A program made the translations under genes and the position numbers. Below the pieces are notes generated by a model. That model ran no database searches. It was not told where the DNA came from and saw only the letters and a program-made list of their open reading frames with translations. A DNA stretch of 24,000 nucleotides from an uncultured Coriobacteriaceae bacterium. Lineage in GTDB: Bacteria > Actinomycetota > Coriobacteriia > Coriobacteriales > Atopobiaceae. Numbering within the stretch: position 1 is the first letter of the stretch; every line of letters starts with the position of its first letter. Below are positions 23,745-24,000 of this stretch, one piece after another. The stretch lies in contig CADBYM010000007.1 of NCBI GenBank assembly GCA_902798915.1, positions 109,201-133,200 of the forward strand, read 5' to 3'.

Positions 23745-23950
23745 CATCAGCGCAAACGTAGTCGGGTGACATGATGTCGCCCGACTTCGAGTGAGGTGAC
23801 GTCACGGGTGCGAAAAGGGTTCCCTTGACGTCGTTTTGACGTCCGTAGGGAAGAAAGTCGGAGCTCAAGGTGGGCAACACGGACACGAGAGCGACTGCCC
23901 GACCACTCCGAACAACCGCAGCCACGCAATTCAGATTGGGTGGGAGTAGG
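23745..23950 (+). repeat. Family-R repeat, copy F (core only; diverges right after the GATTGGGTGGGAGTAGG box into AT-rich DNA)
   Basis: catcagcgcaaacgtagtcgggtgacatgatgtcgcccgacttcgagtgaggtgacgtcacggg...cccttgacgtcgttttgacgtccgtaggg...cagattgggtgggagtagg. Confidence 0.8.
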
Positions 23951-24000
23951 CATGTTTGGATAAATAGCATTTAACGGTGATAAATCAGTAATACTAACGA

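Noticed and set aside
878-23950. CRISPR array
   Set aside because: The repeats are 200-330 bp with internal variable regions. They are separated by 0.7-9 kb of protein-coding DNA rather than by 25-40 bp repeats with similar-sized spacers. No cas genes are present.

Overview
This is a high-GC accessory region, Actinomycetota-like and possibly Coriobacteriia-type; the taxon is inferred only from composition, an LAXTG sorting signal and gene content. The left third (about 1.2-8.9 kb) holds a secreted/surface protease cluster: an S28/S37-like lipoprotein serine peptidase, an LAXTG-anchored papain-family C1 peptidase and CPBP intramembrane proteases. It also holds several gene fragments: an SMR/DMT tail, a BspA/DUF285 fragment and an IS630-like tail. 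The rest is a mosaic of small addiction, defence and resistance modules. These are two diverged relB/dinJ - relE/parE - VOC tricistrons, a phd/yefM - relE/parE pair, and two distantly related DUF4143-type AAA+ ATPases, each followed by a VOC gene (one VOC reduced to a 3' relic). There is also a MATE exporter, a GNAT fragment, a small wHTH ORF, a XhoI/PaeR7I-like type II R-M pair and two unknown genes. The most unusual feature is a family of co-oriented non-coding repeats of about 210-330 bp: six clear copies plus one stub or degenerate copy. Each starts just 3' of a plus-strand gene; in three copies it starts 12-19 bp after a VOC stop codon. Each copy carries five GACGTC cores, two long GC-rich palindromes/hairpins, a conserved GATTGAGTGGGAGTAGG box, and in most copies a promoter-like element followed by an intrinsic terminator. 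The repeats partition the region into cassette-like modules, in the way an integron array does. They are much longer than attC sites, and no integrase, transposase or other recombinase is visible in the window. One repeat copy hosts a complete group II intron (IIC-like) inserted right after the repeat's terminator hairpin; two uninterrupted copies serve as empty sites. A lower-GC R-M-bearing segment of about 4 kb sits exactly between a VOC stop codon and the repeat copy that would normally abut it. I cannot identify the repeat family with any element I know. Its function (recombination site, structured RNA, or protein-binding array) remains inference.
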